44,262 nucleotides of DNA, from positions 1-44,262 of the IMG/VR virus record IMGVR_UViG_3300017646_000172. One strand, 5' to 3'. Positions 9,014-17,465 of the stretch are shown piece by piece. Source of the stretch: a virus (lineage: Duplodnaviria; Caudoviricetes). The notes under the pieces are model-generated. The model saw only the letters and a list, made by a program, of their open reading frames with translations. It was not told the origin of the DNA and ran no database searches. The position numbers were made by a program, and so were the translations under genes. Each line of letters begins with the position of its first letter. The first letter of the stretch is position 1.

Positions 9014-9341
9014 GGTCACTCTCCCTGCGCATCTCGCGCATATGGTCGGCATGATCGTCGGCTGCTTGCTGGGCTTGTTCTTTGGCCTCTGACATCAGCC
9101 ATTCGTTGAACCCACGAGCATCCATGAAGCGGTCACCAATCGACCAAGGCAGCTTCAATTCATCCTCGCCATCGAGGAAGCGAACGCTGTCTATTTCAAC
9201 AGTTGGGTTCTCTGCTGGATCAGTCGCCGTTGCTGGCAGGAACCTGGTAACAGTGAACTTGACTTCCATCGTCAGTTCGAACTCAGTGCCACATTCCCAG
9301 CCGCTGATATGGACATCCTGACGTGCGATAAAGCTATTCAC
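9006..9341 (-). CDS. Hypothetical phage protein
   Basis: GTG start after GAGG; coherent acidic protein. Confidence 0.65.
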   Translation of the reverse strand: MNSFIARQDVHISGWECGTEFELTMEVKFTVTRFLPATATDPAENPTVEIDSVRFLDGEDELKLPWSIGDRFMDARGFNEWLMSEAKEQAQQAADDHADHMREMRRESDHA

Positions 9342-9427
9342 GGCCTCGTCCTCTTGCTCTGGCACAGCGCGATAAAAGCGACGATCAGTGCCATGGTGAT
9401 TAGGTGATCGAATGGGGAGAGGGTCAC
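9338..9427 (-). CDS. 29-aa hydrophobic peptide
   Basis: GGAGG RBS, GTG start, overlaps both neighbours by 4 nt. Confidence 0.45.
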   Translation of the reverse strand: MTLSPFDHLITMALIVAFIALCQSKRTRP

Positions 9428-9687
9428 TTCACCCTCCGCTGGCAAACAACTTCCGTGGTCATCAGACGAAGCGCCTCGTAAGGCCCGGTCTGATATGGGC
9501 GGTGAATAAGATCGTTCGCGTGGTTCACGATGCCCTTGCCAACAAACTCGCAATCCTCACGGTCCCAGAATGGCCCGATCTGCTGCGTTACCCGGTTCTC
9601 GATCAGGACAAACCCAACATGCGGATCATGTGGACGGGTGGCCGGTACGACGGACAGAGCCGTGGAAATCATCAGTGCAGAGAACAT
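9424..9687 (-). CDS. Hypothetical protein
   Basis: GGAG RBS; TGATG coupling with upstream gene. Confidence 0.6.
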   Translation of the reverse strand: MFSALMISTALSVVPATRPHDPHVGFVLIENRVTQQIGPFWDREDCEFVGKGIVNHANDLIHRPYQTGPYEALRLMTTEVVCQRRVK

Positions 9688-10046
9688 CAGGCTACTCCCC
9701 GATAGATCGATGGTGATTTGAAAGACCGCTCATGGCGGACCTGATTGCGCCGGTCCTCTTCTTCCTCGAAAGCCATCTGCTTGAAGAAAGGCGTGTCCTT
9801 CACCCACAGAGGCGGGTTGTCGAAATCGCCAGAAAAGTACGGTGCGGCCTGTTCGTTGATGTTCGTCCCGGTCAGGGTCGCGCAATCAAACAGGATGATG
9901 TCTGTTGCATTCCGGTATGTTGCCTCGTTAGCCACATCGAAGAACGTGGCACCGCGAACCAGCATCGGATCGAACCATTCCCAGCCCGAAGACGTGGGCA
10001 CCTTCAACAAGATGCGATCATCAGTATTCAGAGCTGCTTCACACAT
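9687..10046 (-). CDS. First gene of the leftward early operon, hypothetical
   Basis: ATG 10046 after AAGGGA; the longer ORF-track start runs into the operator region. Confidence 0.65.
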   Translation of the reverse strand: MCEAALNTDDRILLKVPTSSGWEWFDPMLVRGATFFDVANEATYRNATDIILFDCATLTGTNINEQAAPYFSGDFDNPPLWVKDTPFFKQMAFEEEEDRRNQVRHERSFKSPSIYRGVA

Positions 10047-10110
10047 CGCTTGATCCCTTGGTGAAATCTTGCGGTCCAGATCGGCGCGTTTGCTTCTTCG
10101 TGGACCGCTT

Positions 10111-10205
10111 TGACATGCCCAATGTTGCATACGACACAATTCATGTCAACACGAATAATGTTGAAAGGTGAAAAAACAACACATGACGTGTTGCACAACA
10201 TGTTG
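10111..10205. promoter_or_regulatory. Left operator OL with pL promoter
   Basis: Four YRACA-N7-TGTYR palindromes at 10111-10127, 10132-10148, 10147-10163 and 10177-10193; minus-strand TTGACA (10149-10144), 17-bp spacer, AACATT. Confidence 0.8.
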
Positions 10206-10213
10206 GATCGGGA

Positions 10214-10250
10214 TAAAAGAAAAGCCCCGGAGCGGTGATGCTGCCGGGGC
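10214..10250 (-). terminator. Intrinsic terminator-like hairpin (minus strand)
   Basis: GCCCCGG/CCGGGGC stem (10224-10250) followed by TTTTCTTTTA on the minus strand. Confidence 0.6.
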
Positions 10251-10274
10251 CTAAAGCGGTCTCAATGTCAAGAA

Positions 10275-10732
10275 TTGTGTAGCATAACAAGCATCGTTAC
10301 ACAACCGAAATGATCGCTTCGGGGCGCTGAATGATGCAAAATCTTGGGTCTGCTCGGAGGTTCCCGCCAAGATCGAGTGTTTTCTAAGCGCAAAAGAAGC
10401 GGTCTTTTTACGGATTTGACCCGTTTTCACCGATCACCCGGCGCATGAAATCCACAGCGGTTCCTCATCCCAGGCTGATGAGGCGGTCTTAGCGGGTTAG
10501 ACGCCGCTCGACTGGTTTGGATGCGACCTGAGAGAGTGAACTGCCGATATAAGCCTTCATGCATGGAGACGGACTGGCCCACCGGGGAAATAGGGCAGGC
10601 AGGGATACTAAGACTTCATGGCATCCCGGTTCATCGCGATACGGTGAACTGAAGAAGACGGAACCCTTCTCGTATGAAGGTGAACGTCTTGATAGCCAGA
10701 GGTGTGTCTAAAATCTGGGAAAGGGTCTGAAA
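10275..10732 (+). ncRNA. Candidate long structured RNA or leader upstream of the HNH-fold gene
   Basis: No credible ORF; run of stems 10275-83/10296-304, 10341-47/10367-73, 10463-69/10477-83, 10554-62/10672-80, 10628-36/10642-50, 10655-60/10685-90, 10696-700/10714-18; strand inferred from G-U pairs and the downstream gene. Confidence 0.5.
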
Positions 10733-11098
10733 ATGCCAATAAAACCAGAGAAAATGAAGAATTATGTTGGCGGAGGAACTCATTCAAAAGAATGGAAAAC
10801 GTTTCGCGCCAGTTTGCTTGAAAGAGCAAAAAATCGTTGCGAAGGGACACCAATGTTCCCGGCCTGTGAAGCTGTGAATGGTGAACCCCATCCAGTCACT
10901 GGAAGCAAAGTGGTTTTGACTATAGCGCACATGGATCACGACGAAACTCACGCTGATCCAGAACGTTGCCGGGCACTCTGCCAGAAGTGTCACCTGTCTT
11001 GGGACGCAAAGCATCATGCGAAGAACGCAGCGTTGACGCGCCGCCGGAAAGCGCCACAGATTGATATTGAGGACTTCTTGTCCGGACAGGCTACTTGA
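10733..11098 (+). CDS. Small HNH-fold zinc-binding protein, convergent with cI
   Basis: RCE...C...VVLTIAHMDH...RALCQKCH; the canonical Asn before the LC motif is not evident. Confidence 0.8.
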   Translation: MPIKPEKMKNYVGGGTHSKEWKTFRASLLERAKNRCEGTPMFPACEAVNGEPHPVTGSKVVLTIAHMDHDETHADPERCRALCQKCHLSWDAKHHAKNAALTRRRKAPQIDIEDFLSGQAT

Positions 11099-11858
11099 TT
11101 ACACCAAACCGTCGCAAAACACGTCCAACAATAAATACATCGTCAGGTCGCTTCTCTTTGATCCTGTGCCGCGTGTTGTCAGAAATGATGCGAATAATGT
11201 TCTCTCCATTCTCCTGCGAGACTTCGAGGCGCTTCACAACAAGGCCGCCGATTTCATCAAGGATCGCATAGATGCCGTCAGGCGAGGGCCACCGGTGGCG
11301 GGTATCGACCACGACCACATCGCCCTCTTCAAGTGTCGGATACATGCTGTCGCCCTGCACCGGGATAAATACGGTGTCCTGTGGGTGAAGGCCGAGGGAC
11401 GTGTAAACGGCAGGCGGAAGCCGCCAGTAATCAGACACAGCCTCAGCCGCGAATGTCATCCCCTTATGACCTGGTACACCTTCATTCACAATAGACAGCC
11501 CGCCCGCACCCATGCCGCCGGTGATGTCAATCTGAGGTGACGTACCCTCCGGCGCTCCACGGAAACCAGTCTCGCGGCCAAAGGTTAAGGTTTCGTCTTC
11601 AATTTCGTCCGGTTCGTCTGGGTCAAAGCTGGAGATCATTCCCTTCTTAGGAAGCGGTGTGCCTTCCAGCAGGTAGGAGACGGTTACACCGAATTTTTTG
11701 GCGTATTGCTTCGCTTCATCAACATGAAACTCATTCTGCCCGTTCTCGTGTGCACGGTATGTTGAAGCGGAAATACCTAATGCTTCCGCAGCTTTAGCCG
11801 CAGATGTGAAGTTTGCCGCTGTACGAGCAGCCTTTAATCGTTCGCCCATTGTGTCCAT
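11091..11858 (-). CDS. cI: CI-like repressor (XRE HTH + S24 autopeptidase)
   Basis: MGERLKAAR...AEALGISASTYRAHENG HTH; Ala-Gly site GAGG; GDSM (Ser) and VKRL (Lys); start 11858 or 11849. Confidence 0.93.
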   Translation of the reverse strand: MDTMGERLKAARTAANFTSAAKAAEALGISASTYRAHENGQNEFHVDEAKQYAKKFGVTVSYLLEGTPLPKKGMISSFDPDEPDEIEDETLTFGRETGFRGAPEGTSPQIDITGGMGAGGLSIVNEGVPGHKGMTFAAEAVSDYWRLPPAVYTSLGLHPQDTVFIPVQGDSMYPTLEEGDVVVVDTRHRWPSPDGIYAILDEIGGLVVKRLEVSQENGENIIRIISDNTRHRIKEKRPDDVFIVGRVLRRFGVIK

Positions 11859-11881
11859 GAAAATCAACATTTCAGATAAAT

Positions 11882-11924
11882 CGACATAAATCATGTTGAC
11901 ATACCGACACGAATAGTGTTGATT
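11882..11924. promoter_or_regulatory. Right operator OR with pR promoter
   Basis: CGACA-N7-TGTTG at 11882-11898 and 11905-11921, same consensus as OL; TTGACA at 11896-11901. Confidence 0.8.
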
Positions 11925-11931
11925 GGACGAC

Positions 11932-12159
11932 ATGGAACACGTAGACGACATTTTCGAGAAGTTTGGAGGCACGATGGCTTTTGCACGTGCCATCGAAATC
12001 AAACCTTCTGCCGCTTCGGAAATGCGGCGTCGGAAGTCCATACCCGTGCGCTATTGGCCGAGGCTGATCGGTGTCGCTTTCGAAAAGGACATCGTTTTGA
12101 CTAACGATATGTTGGTCAACATGCACGTGTTGAACGAGCAGGCAAAAGGTGCTGCTTGA
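11932..12159 (+). CDS. cro: Cro-like HTH protein
   Basis: Divergent from cI; FGGTMAFARAIEIKPSAASEMRRRKSIPVRYW HTH pattern. Confidence 0.85.
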   Translation: MEHVDDIFEKFGGTMAFARAIEIKPSAASEMRRRKSIPVRYWPRLIGVAFEKDIVLTNDMLVNMHVLNEQAKGAA

Positions 12160-12377
12160 ACCAGAGAGATGACATGATTGAGCGGTGCGCTTTTGCACTG
12201 TTCCAGTCCTTCATTCGAAACGCGGTGGGCACATGCCGAGCCAAGCGGGACATGATGGGCAATGTCATGGGTCTGGAAACGCCAGAAGAGGCCGCACAGC
12301 GGCGTTGGCGCGATATGCCGGAATTGTCACGAGAACGATTTAGGGCCGAAGCATCGGCTGTTCTCGCAGCAGCTTAA
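12156..12377 (+). CDS. Hypothetical phage protein
   Basis: TTG start overlapping cro stop (or ATG 12174). Confidence 0.6.
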   Translation: MNQRDDMIERCAFALFQSFIRNAVGTCRAKRDMMGNVMGLETPEEAAQRRWRDMPELSRERFRAEASAVLAAA

Positions 12378-12381
12378 CTGA

Positions 12382-12466
12382 TTGCCCACCGGGTCCCCAC
12401 GCCTCCAAGCCCGCCCCGGTGAGCAACCGCCCGATGCTTGTTTCGCCCCCTGAGCGAGCATCGGGC
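12382..12466 (+). promoter_or_regulatory. Tandem hairpins with C-rich loops
   Basis: Stems 12382-93/12415-26 and 12429-42/12453-66. Confidence 0.55.
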
Positions 12467-12495
12467 ATCTAATTCAACCATGAGGGTTTCGAACC

Positions 12496-12687
12496 ATGAA
12501 CGGCAACTGGATCATCGCATATCTGTACACTGCGGGTTTTGTTGCCTGTTCGGTTCTCGAATTCTCGCCACCCAGCCGATCACCGAAATGGATCAAATGG
12601 GTTCTCGTAATAGGCTGGCCGCTTTGCGTGATGATTGCGGCTGCGGCTGGCATTTGCCGGGGTCTCGTTCGAGGTATCCGGCCATGA
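12496..12687 (+). CDS. Small two-helix membrane protein
   Basis: GAGG RBS; two hydrophobic segments. Confidence 0.6.
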   Translation: MNGNWIIAYLYTAGFVACSVLEFSPPSRSPKWIKWVLVIGWPLCVMIAAAAGICRGLVRGIRP

Positions 12688-12855
12688 GTACAAGATCAAT
12701 TGGACGCCCGTATCAGTTTTCCAGGCTTTCCGGGCAATCCGCTTCATCTTCATCACTAACCGTCCCTTTTAAACACCGGCACGTTTCGTCGCCCGGCTAT
12801 GGATCAACACATAGCTGGAAGGACGAACAAGGTGTTGTCATTCAAGGACAAGAAC

Positions 12856-13182
12856 ATGTTGCAGTGTGACACAGTAGAAGCTCAACGAATGATGCGCGAT
12901 GCGTTCCCTACGCGCCGGACTGGCAGCGTTAAGGCGTCGATCTATCAGGCGTATCGTGCACTCAAGCCACTGCTTATCAAGGATTTTACCCCGCGTCGGG
13001 CGCGCTCGATCTGGGAAGGTGCTGCTCGTCGTATCGACGGGGAGGAAATGGATGCCCTTCGGCAACTGAAAATTATGGAGGCTCGACGTGAGCGAGAAGA
13101 GGTCAGTGAAAGACTTGCCCAGCTGGATGCTGCGCTTGCCCTTCTGGATCAGGCGACGGCTAGCGGATCGCTGGCGGCGTAA
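12856..13182 (+). CDS. CII-position DNA-binding protein
   Basis: Position after cro; RRARSIWEGAARRID motif and C-terminal coiled coil; start 12856 or 12799. Confidence 0.6.
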   Translation: MLQCDTVEAQRMMRDAFPTRRTGSVKASIYQAYRALKPLLIKDFTPRRARSIWEGAARRIDGEEMDALRQLKIMEARREREEVSERLAQLDAALALLDQATASGSLAA

Positions 13183-13256
13183 GTCCAAAAATTACGTGTT
13201 GTGGTCAGAGAAGATCATCCCTGAACACCTTCAGTTTGTAAGCCGGAGGAAAGACC

Positions 13257-13637
13257 ATGAAACCGAGTGAAGAAGCACTGGCAGCCAAGATTAAACAGCG
13301 GCTTGCTGCTGGATTTTCCAAGAGGAGCATAGCCACGGAACTCGGTATCAGCGTCAACGTGGTTTTCCGCCTTGGTAATCCTGAGCGGTACGCGGCTCAA
13401 CTGGCTCGATCCAGTGAGAAGCGGAAAGAAAAACGCGCCTCTATGCCGGTTGGTGAAGTCTGCCAGCCAAGCGATGCTGCGATGAAGCGTAAAGCAGAAG
13501 CCGAGGCAAGAATGGCCGAGCGCCCACGGTTTGATGACCGGACCAAGACTGGCGTTCTAATGGGCGATCCAATTTTTCAGCGCAGCGCGCTTTACCAGAA
13601 ACAACAGCAAGAGGCTCCGGCCCGGAGGTTCGCATGA
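13257..13637 (+). CDS. HTH-domain protein
   Basis: GFSKRSIATELGISVNVVFR HTH; DRTKTGVLMGDP...RSAL C-terminal motif; GGAGG RBS. Confidence 0.75.
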   Translation: MKPSEEALAAKIKQRLAAGFSKRSIATELGISVNVVFRLGNPERYAAQLARSSEKRKEKRASMPVGEVCQPSDAAMKRKAEAEARMAERPRFDDRTKTGVLMGDPIFQRSALYQKQQQEAPARRFA

Positions 13638-13735
13638 ACGACCGTGTAGCCAGCATATTGATCAATGCCGGGTGGTTTCTAGTCGCTATGGCACTCATTT
13701 TCGGACCAGTCTCATGCGTCGTGGCGAGGTACTGA
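13634..13735 (+). CDS. 33-aa membrane peptide
   Basis: GGAGG RBS; MNDRVASILINAGWFLVAMALIFGPVSCVVARY. Confidence 0.55.
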   Translation: MNDRVASILINAGWFLVAMALIFGPVSCVVARY

Positions 13736-13736
13736 G

Positions 13737-14588
13737 ATGACCGAGTACAATCCGTCCGATGACGCGAAGAAGTGCTACGAGCTTGCTGTAGAGGCAAAGC
13801 GCGAGCGTGGGGACACGCATTGGCCTGATCGCCTGCCGTACCGCCGCAAGGAAGTGATTGGCGACTGCACTCTGTATCTGGGTGATTGCATGGAAATCAT
13901 GCCGACACTTGGAGAGGTTGATGCGGTGATCACCGACCCACCGTATGGAGAACAGACGCACGATAACGCGAAGAGCAATCGTAATGGCGGATCCGGCAAG
14001 AAGGCTATCAATTTCGCTGCAATCGATGCTGCCACGTTGAAGTCTCTTATTTCCGACTGCGCCAAGCTTTCTCCGCGTTGGTTCGTCTCTACGATGGAGT
14101 GGAGGCACATTGTGTCGTTCGAACAGGAACCGCCAGAAGGTTGGGATTTCGTGAGGTTTGGCGTCTGGGTGAAAACAAACCCAATGCCACAGATTAGCGC
14201 TGACAGACCCGCTCAGGGGTGGGAAGGAATAATTTACCTCCACAACCCAGCTAGCGGAAAGAAGGCGTGGAATGGTGGCGGCTCTCACGGAAATTGGATT
14301 GGATCGTTGGTCACAGACGGCGCTCACCCGACCGGCAAACCAGTTGCCATGTTTCAGTCCTTTGTAGAGCGCTTCACCGATAACAGTGAGACTGTTCTAG
14401 ACCCATTCATGGGCAGCGGGACGACGGGCGTTGCCTGCGCCAAGGCTGGCCGCTCTTTCGTAGGTATTGAGCAACACGAGCCATATTTCGAAATCGCCTG
14501 TGAGCGCATCCGTAAGGCTTACGCGCAGCCAGATATGTTCGTGCAGGCCGCTCCAGTTGCCCAGCCGAAACAGGAGCCTTTGCTATGA
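13737..14588 (+). CDS. Orphan DNA methyltransferase (N6-adenine/N4-cytosine, beta order)
   Basis: Catalytic DPPY precedes HPTGKP and the SAM-binding DPFMGSGTTG. Confidence 0.93.
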   Translation: MTEYNPSDDAKKCYELAVEAKRERGDTHWPDRLPYRRKEVIGDCTLYLGDCMEIMPTLGEVDAVITDPPYGEQTHDNAKSNRNGGSGKKAINFAAIDAATLKSLISDCAKLSPRWFVSTMEWRHIVSFEQEPPEGWDFVRFGVWVKTNPMPQISADRPAQGWEGIIYLHNPASGKKAWNGGGSHGNWIGSLVTDGAHPTGKPVAMFQSFVERFTDNSETVLDPFMGSGTTGVACAKAGRSFVGIEQHEPYFEIACERIRKAYAQPDMFVQAAPVAQPKQEPLL

Positions 14589-14947
14589 GCAGAAACCAGC
14601 CAGAATTACAGGTCCACAAGGCCATCATGGCTTATCTGGACCGAGTGCTTCCGAAAACCGTGCGAGCGTTTCACCCTGCAAACGGAGGGCGCAGAGACGC
14701 CAAGACAGGCGCAATGCTTAAGGCCCTCGGTGTGAAGGCAGGCGTTGCCGACATCGTTCTAGTTCGTCAGGGCGGCGTCATGGCCTTTCTCGAAGTGAAA
14801 GCTGGGAAGGGATCACCATCGCCAGCACAACGCGACTGGCAAGACTGGTGCGCCGAGAATGCAGTGCCTTACGCCATCGTCAGATCGATAGGCGACGTCC
14901 AGACTGTTCTCTTGGACTGGAACATTCAGACGAGGGCGGCAGCATGA
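14585..14947 (+). CDS. VRR-NUC domain nuclease
   Basis: E..VH...HPANGG...GVKAGVADI...FLEVKAGKG..S..Q. Confidence 0.9.
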   Translation: MSRNQPELQVHKAIMAYLDRVLPKTVRAFHPANGGRRDAKTGAMLKALGVKAGVADIVLVRQGGVMAFLEVKAGKGSPSPAQRDWQDWCAENAVPYAIVRSIGDVQTVLLDWNIQTRAAA

Positions 14948-15486
14948 GCGTTGTAGCAGCTATTCGTCGGATGCTTTCCGATGGCCTTACAATCGAGCAG
15001 GCGCTTATCGCAGCCGAAGCAATCGAAAGCGAAGTGGCACCGAGGCGTAAAGCCAAGCCGGTACAGGACGAGATCGAAGCCGAGTTCGAACAACACTTCT
15101 GGCCGATCTATCCCCGCCGCGTCGGCAAGGGGCAGGCGCTCAAGGCGTACCGATCAGCCCGCAAGGCTACCGATCTAGAAACAATCGTTGTCGGCGTCCG
15201 CCGGTACGCGGCTGCCAGAAGCGGCGAGAACCCGGATTACACCAAGCACCCGGCGACATGGCTTAACGGCCAATGCTGGACCGATGAACCGGCAATGAAG
15301 GCGATACCGCACAGCAGACCAGCAAACCCGCGTCAACAGATGTGGATTGACGAGTTCAACAAGCAGAACGGACCTCTCCATGAACCAGATAGCGACAACG
15401 GATCATTATTGGACCTTGGCGACTGCGAAGGACAAAGCCGCAGCAATGGCGGGACTGTCCGTCTTGCCTACGCGCGCTCTCGCTAA
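14944..15486 (+). CDS. Short replication-initiator-like protein
   Basis: FEQHFWPIYPRRVGKGQALKAY...KHPATWLNGQCWTDE is the C-terminal domain typical of phage initiators. Confidence 0.7.
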   Translation: MSVVAAIRRMLSDGLTIEQALIAAEAIESEVAPRRKAKPVQDEIEAEFEQHFWPIYPRRVGKGQALKAYRSARKATDLETIVVGVRRYAAARSGENPDYTKHPATWLNGQCWTDEPAMKAIPHSRPANPRQQMWIDEFNKQNGPLHEPDSDNGSLLDLGDCEGQSRSNGGTVRLAYARSR

Positions 15487-15931
15487 CCCTGAGGCTGAGA
15501 AGATGGCATATCAAATGGCATTGGATGGCGTCACAAAGCACGGGCTTGATACCGCGGTCAAAAACATAATGGCCGGATCGCTCGGTCACGGATGGATGCC
15601 ATCACCTCCAGAGCTTCGCATTCAGATTGATGAAGTGATGCGGCCAATCAAGGAAGCTCGCGCACGTGATCAGAAAGAACGCCGCATCCTCGAAGATCAA
15701 GCCAGAGATCGCAAGCGGCGCGGCATGACGCCAGAACAGCGCCAGAGAGCCAACGAGAAGTGGCAATCGGCACGAGCCGCAATGAAAATGCATACCGAGG
15801 AAGAAAACTCCTATGAGGCGGCGATTTCACGCCTTCAGGCAGCATCAGAAGCCAACGGCAACGATTTCAATCTCGACAGAATAACGAACGCGACAACGGG
15901 TCCGTTCAAACAGGTAGGGAGGGCGCAGTAA
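15380..15931 (+). CDS. Putative helicase loader/inhibitor-like protein
   Basis: Position after initiator; WMPSPPELR motif; inference. Confidence 0.55.
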   Translation: MNQIATTDHYWTLATAKDKAAAMAGLSVLPTRALANPEAEKMAYQMALDGVTKHGLDTAVKNIMAGSLGHGWMPSPPELRIQIDEVMRPIKEARARDQKERRILEDQARDRKRRGMTPEQRQRANEKWQSARAAMKMHTEEENSYEAAISRLQAASEANGNDFNLDRITNATTGPFKQVGRAQ

Positions 15932-16677
15932 TGGTTGTCGCCGCCTATTCATCAAGAACCGAACGCGCAGCCCGCGCCTATCTCGCCAAGAAGGCGGCAG
16001 AGCAGAAGGCAATTGAGGAAGCGAATAAGCCAGTCCAGATCGAGACACAGCCAGAGCGTGAACTAAGCGCTGTCGAGATGCTCGCAATGGAAGCAGTTCG
16101 CCAGTTTGAAGATACCGGAAAGATAAGCGTCGAGATACAGACGCACAACATACCGGTGAAGGCGATTATCAGGGCTGTATGTGAAGGCACTGGAATAACG
16201 CTGAAAGATGTCCTTGGCGATGGCAGGACGTTTCCTGTCAAGGAAGTCAGACACAAGGCGATGTGTGTTGCTGCACTGGCAAAGCGTCAATCGCTAATCT
16301 TGCTGGCCCGTGAGTTCAAGCGCGATCATACCACGATCCTTTCAGCGCTGGAGAAGCACGGTATCAAGCGAGAGCCGATCCGCAAGAAGCGCGAAATCAC
16401 CGAGGATGACCTTCGTAAGATCCACGAAATGCGCAACCGAGGCGTAGGGCGGCACAAGATCGCCCGCCTGATGCAAATGGGCACAGCGCGAGTAGACGCA
16501 ATCCTGAGTGGGAGAGAGGGCGTAGTGATACAGTCGCGTGTGGTGGAGCTATTCGAGCAGGGCTACGACACTTACGACATCGCGAAGATCATGGGGCTGT
16601 CCGAGCCGCAAGTGTGCGATCGCCTTCACCAAGCACGGGAGCGCGCCCGCTACAATGATAGCAAGAGGGCGGCATGA
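15931..16677 (+). CDS. DnaA C-terminal (DnaA-box-binding) HTH domain protein with two extra HTHs
   Basis: LAREFKRDHTTILSA signature; GVGRHKIARLMQMG and GYDTYDIAKIMGLSE HTHs. Confidence 0.8.
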   Translation: MVVAAYSSRTERAARAYLAKKAAEQKAIEEANKPVQIETQPERELSAVEMLAMEAVRQFEDTGKISVEIQTHNIPVKAIIRAVCEGTGITLKDVLGDGRTFPVKEVRHKAMCVAALAKRQSLILLAREFKRDHTTILSALEKHGIKREPIRKKREITEDDLRKIHEMRNRGVGRHKIARLMQMGTARVDAILSGREGVVIQSRVVELFEQGYDTYDIAKIMGLSEPQVCDRLHQARERARYNDSKRAA

Positions 16678-16982
16678 ATAACTTCGCAGCGTACCTGAGA
16701 GAAGTTCATGGAGGATGGTGGGTTATGCTCCGCTTCGCCCGCAATGCACGTCCAAGCCCCATTCTGAGCAAAGGCGGTGTACCAATCATCTACACAAGCG
16801 AGCTTCACGCCACACAGGAAGCGCTCACACACCTTCTTGCATATATGAACGGGAAGTATCTGCGCGAGGGTGAAATCGCTTCCATGGAGCCTACGGAGCG
16901 CGAGAAGGTATTCGGTGCCGATGGAACAATCTATCGCAACGGTAAAGCGGTAAAGGTTGAACGGAAAAGGGCGGCAGCATGA
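16674..16982 (+). CDS. Hypothetical phage protein
   Basis: ATGA-coupled ORF. Confidence 0.7.
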   Translation: MNNFAAYLREVHGGWWVMLRFARNARPSPILSKGGVPIIYTSELHATQEALTHLLAYMNGKYLREGEIASMEPTEREKVFGADGTIYRNGKAVKVERKRAAA

Positions 16983-17254
16983 GCCAGTATCTGAAGACTT
17001 CATACGACGACGATCCGATCATGTACGCCTTCTTCATCGGATGCGTTCGATGGGCGCTTGGCGAAGAAAAGGTCATGGACGAGTACCGGAAACAGACCGG
17101 GGACAGATATGAACCTGGAACCAACGGCCTAGAACGCGCCATAGATCGCGCAACCGGAAGCGACCTTGGCTTTCTACAGCGTTTCTCGGATTGGGTGGAG
17201 CTTAACCTGTTCGGAACGCCTGACGAGGTTTACGGGAAGGGCTGCGATGACTGA
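16979..17254 (+). CDS. Hypothetical phage protein
   Basis: ATGA-coupled ORF. Confidence 0.7.
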   Translation: MSQYLKTSYDDDPIMYAFFIGCVRWALGEEKVMDEYRKQTGDRYEPGTNGLERAIDRATGSDLGFLQRFSDWVELNLFGTPDEVYGKGCDD

Positions 17255-17465
17255 CAACGTGAACCGCCCAGCCCACTACACCGGCCATCCAAGCGGGATC
17301 GAATGCATCCAGATCACGGAACACATGGGCTTCAATCTGGGGAATGCCGTGAAATACATCTGGCGTTGCGATCTGAAACAGGACGCGATTGAAGACCTGG
17401 AGAAAGCGCGTTGGTACATCGACCGGGAAATCAAGAAGCGCAAGCGGGTGAGGGTGACGGAATGA
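17247..17465 (+). CDS. DUF3310 family protein
   Basis: DNVNRPAHY...GIECI...FNLGNAVKYIWR...EDLEKARWYI. Confidence 0.92.
   Translation: MTDNVNRPAHYTGHPSGIECIQITEHMGFNLGNAVKYIWRCDLKQDAIEDLEKARWYIDREIKKRKRVRVTE

Noticed and set aside
10475-10512. CTGATGAG as a hammerhead ribozyme core
   Set aside because: No GAAA after a stem II; the motif is the 3' arm of the CCTCATC/GATGAGG hairpin
11859-12041. N-terminal extension of cI in the ORF track
   Set aside because: Runs through OR and cro; the HTH begins at MDTMGERLK
13737-14947. Restriction-modification system
   Set aside because: VRR-NUC is a common standalone phage nuclease; the methyltransferase is best read as an orphan
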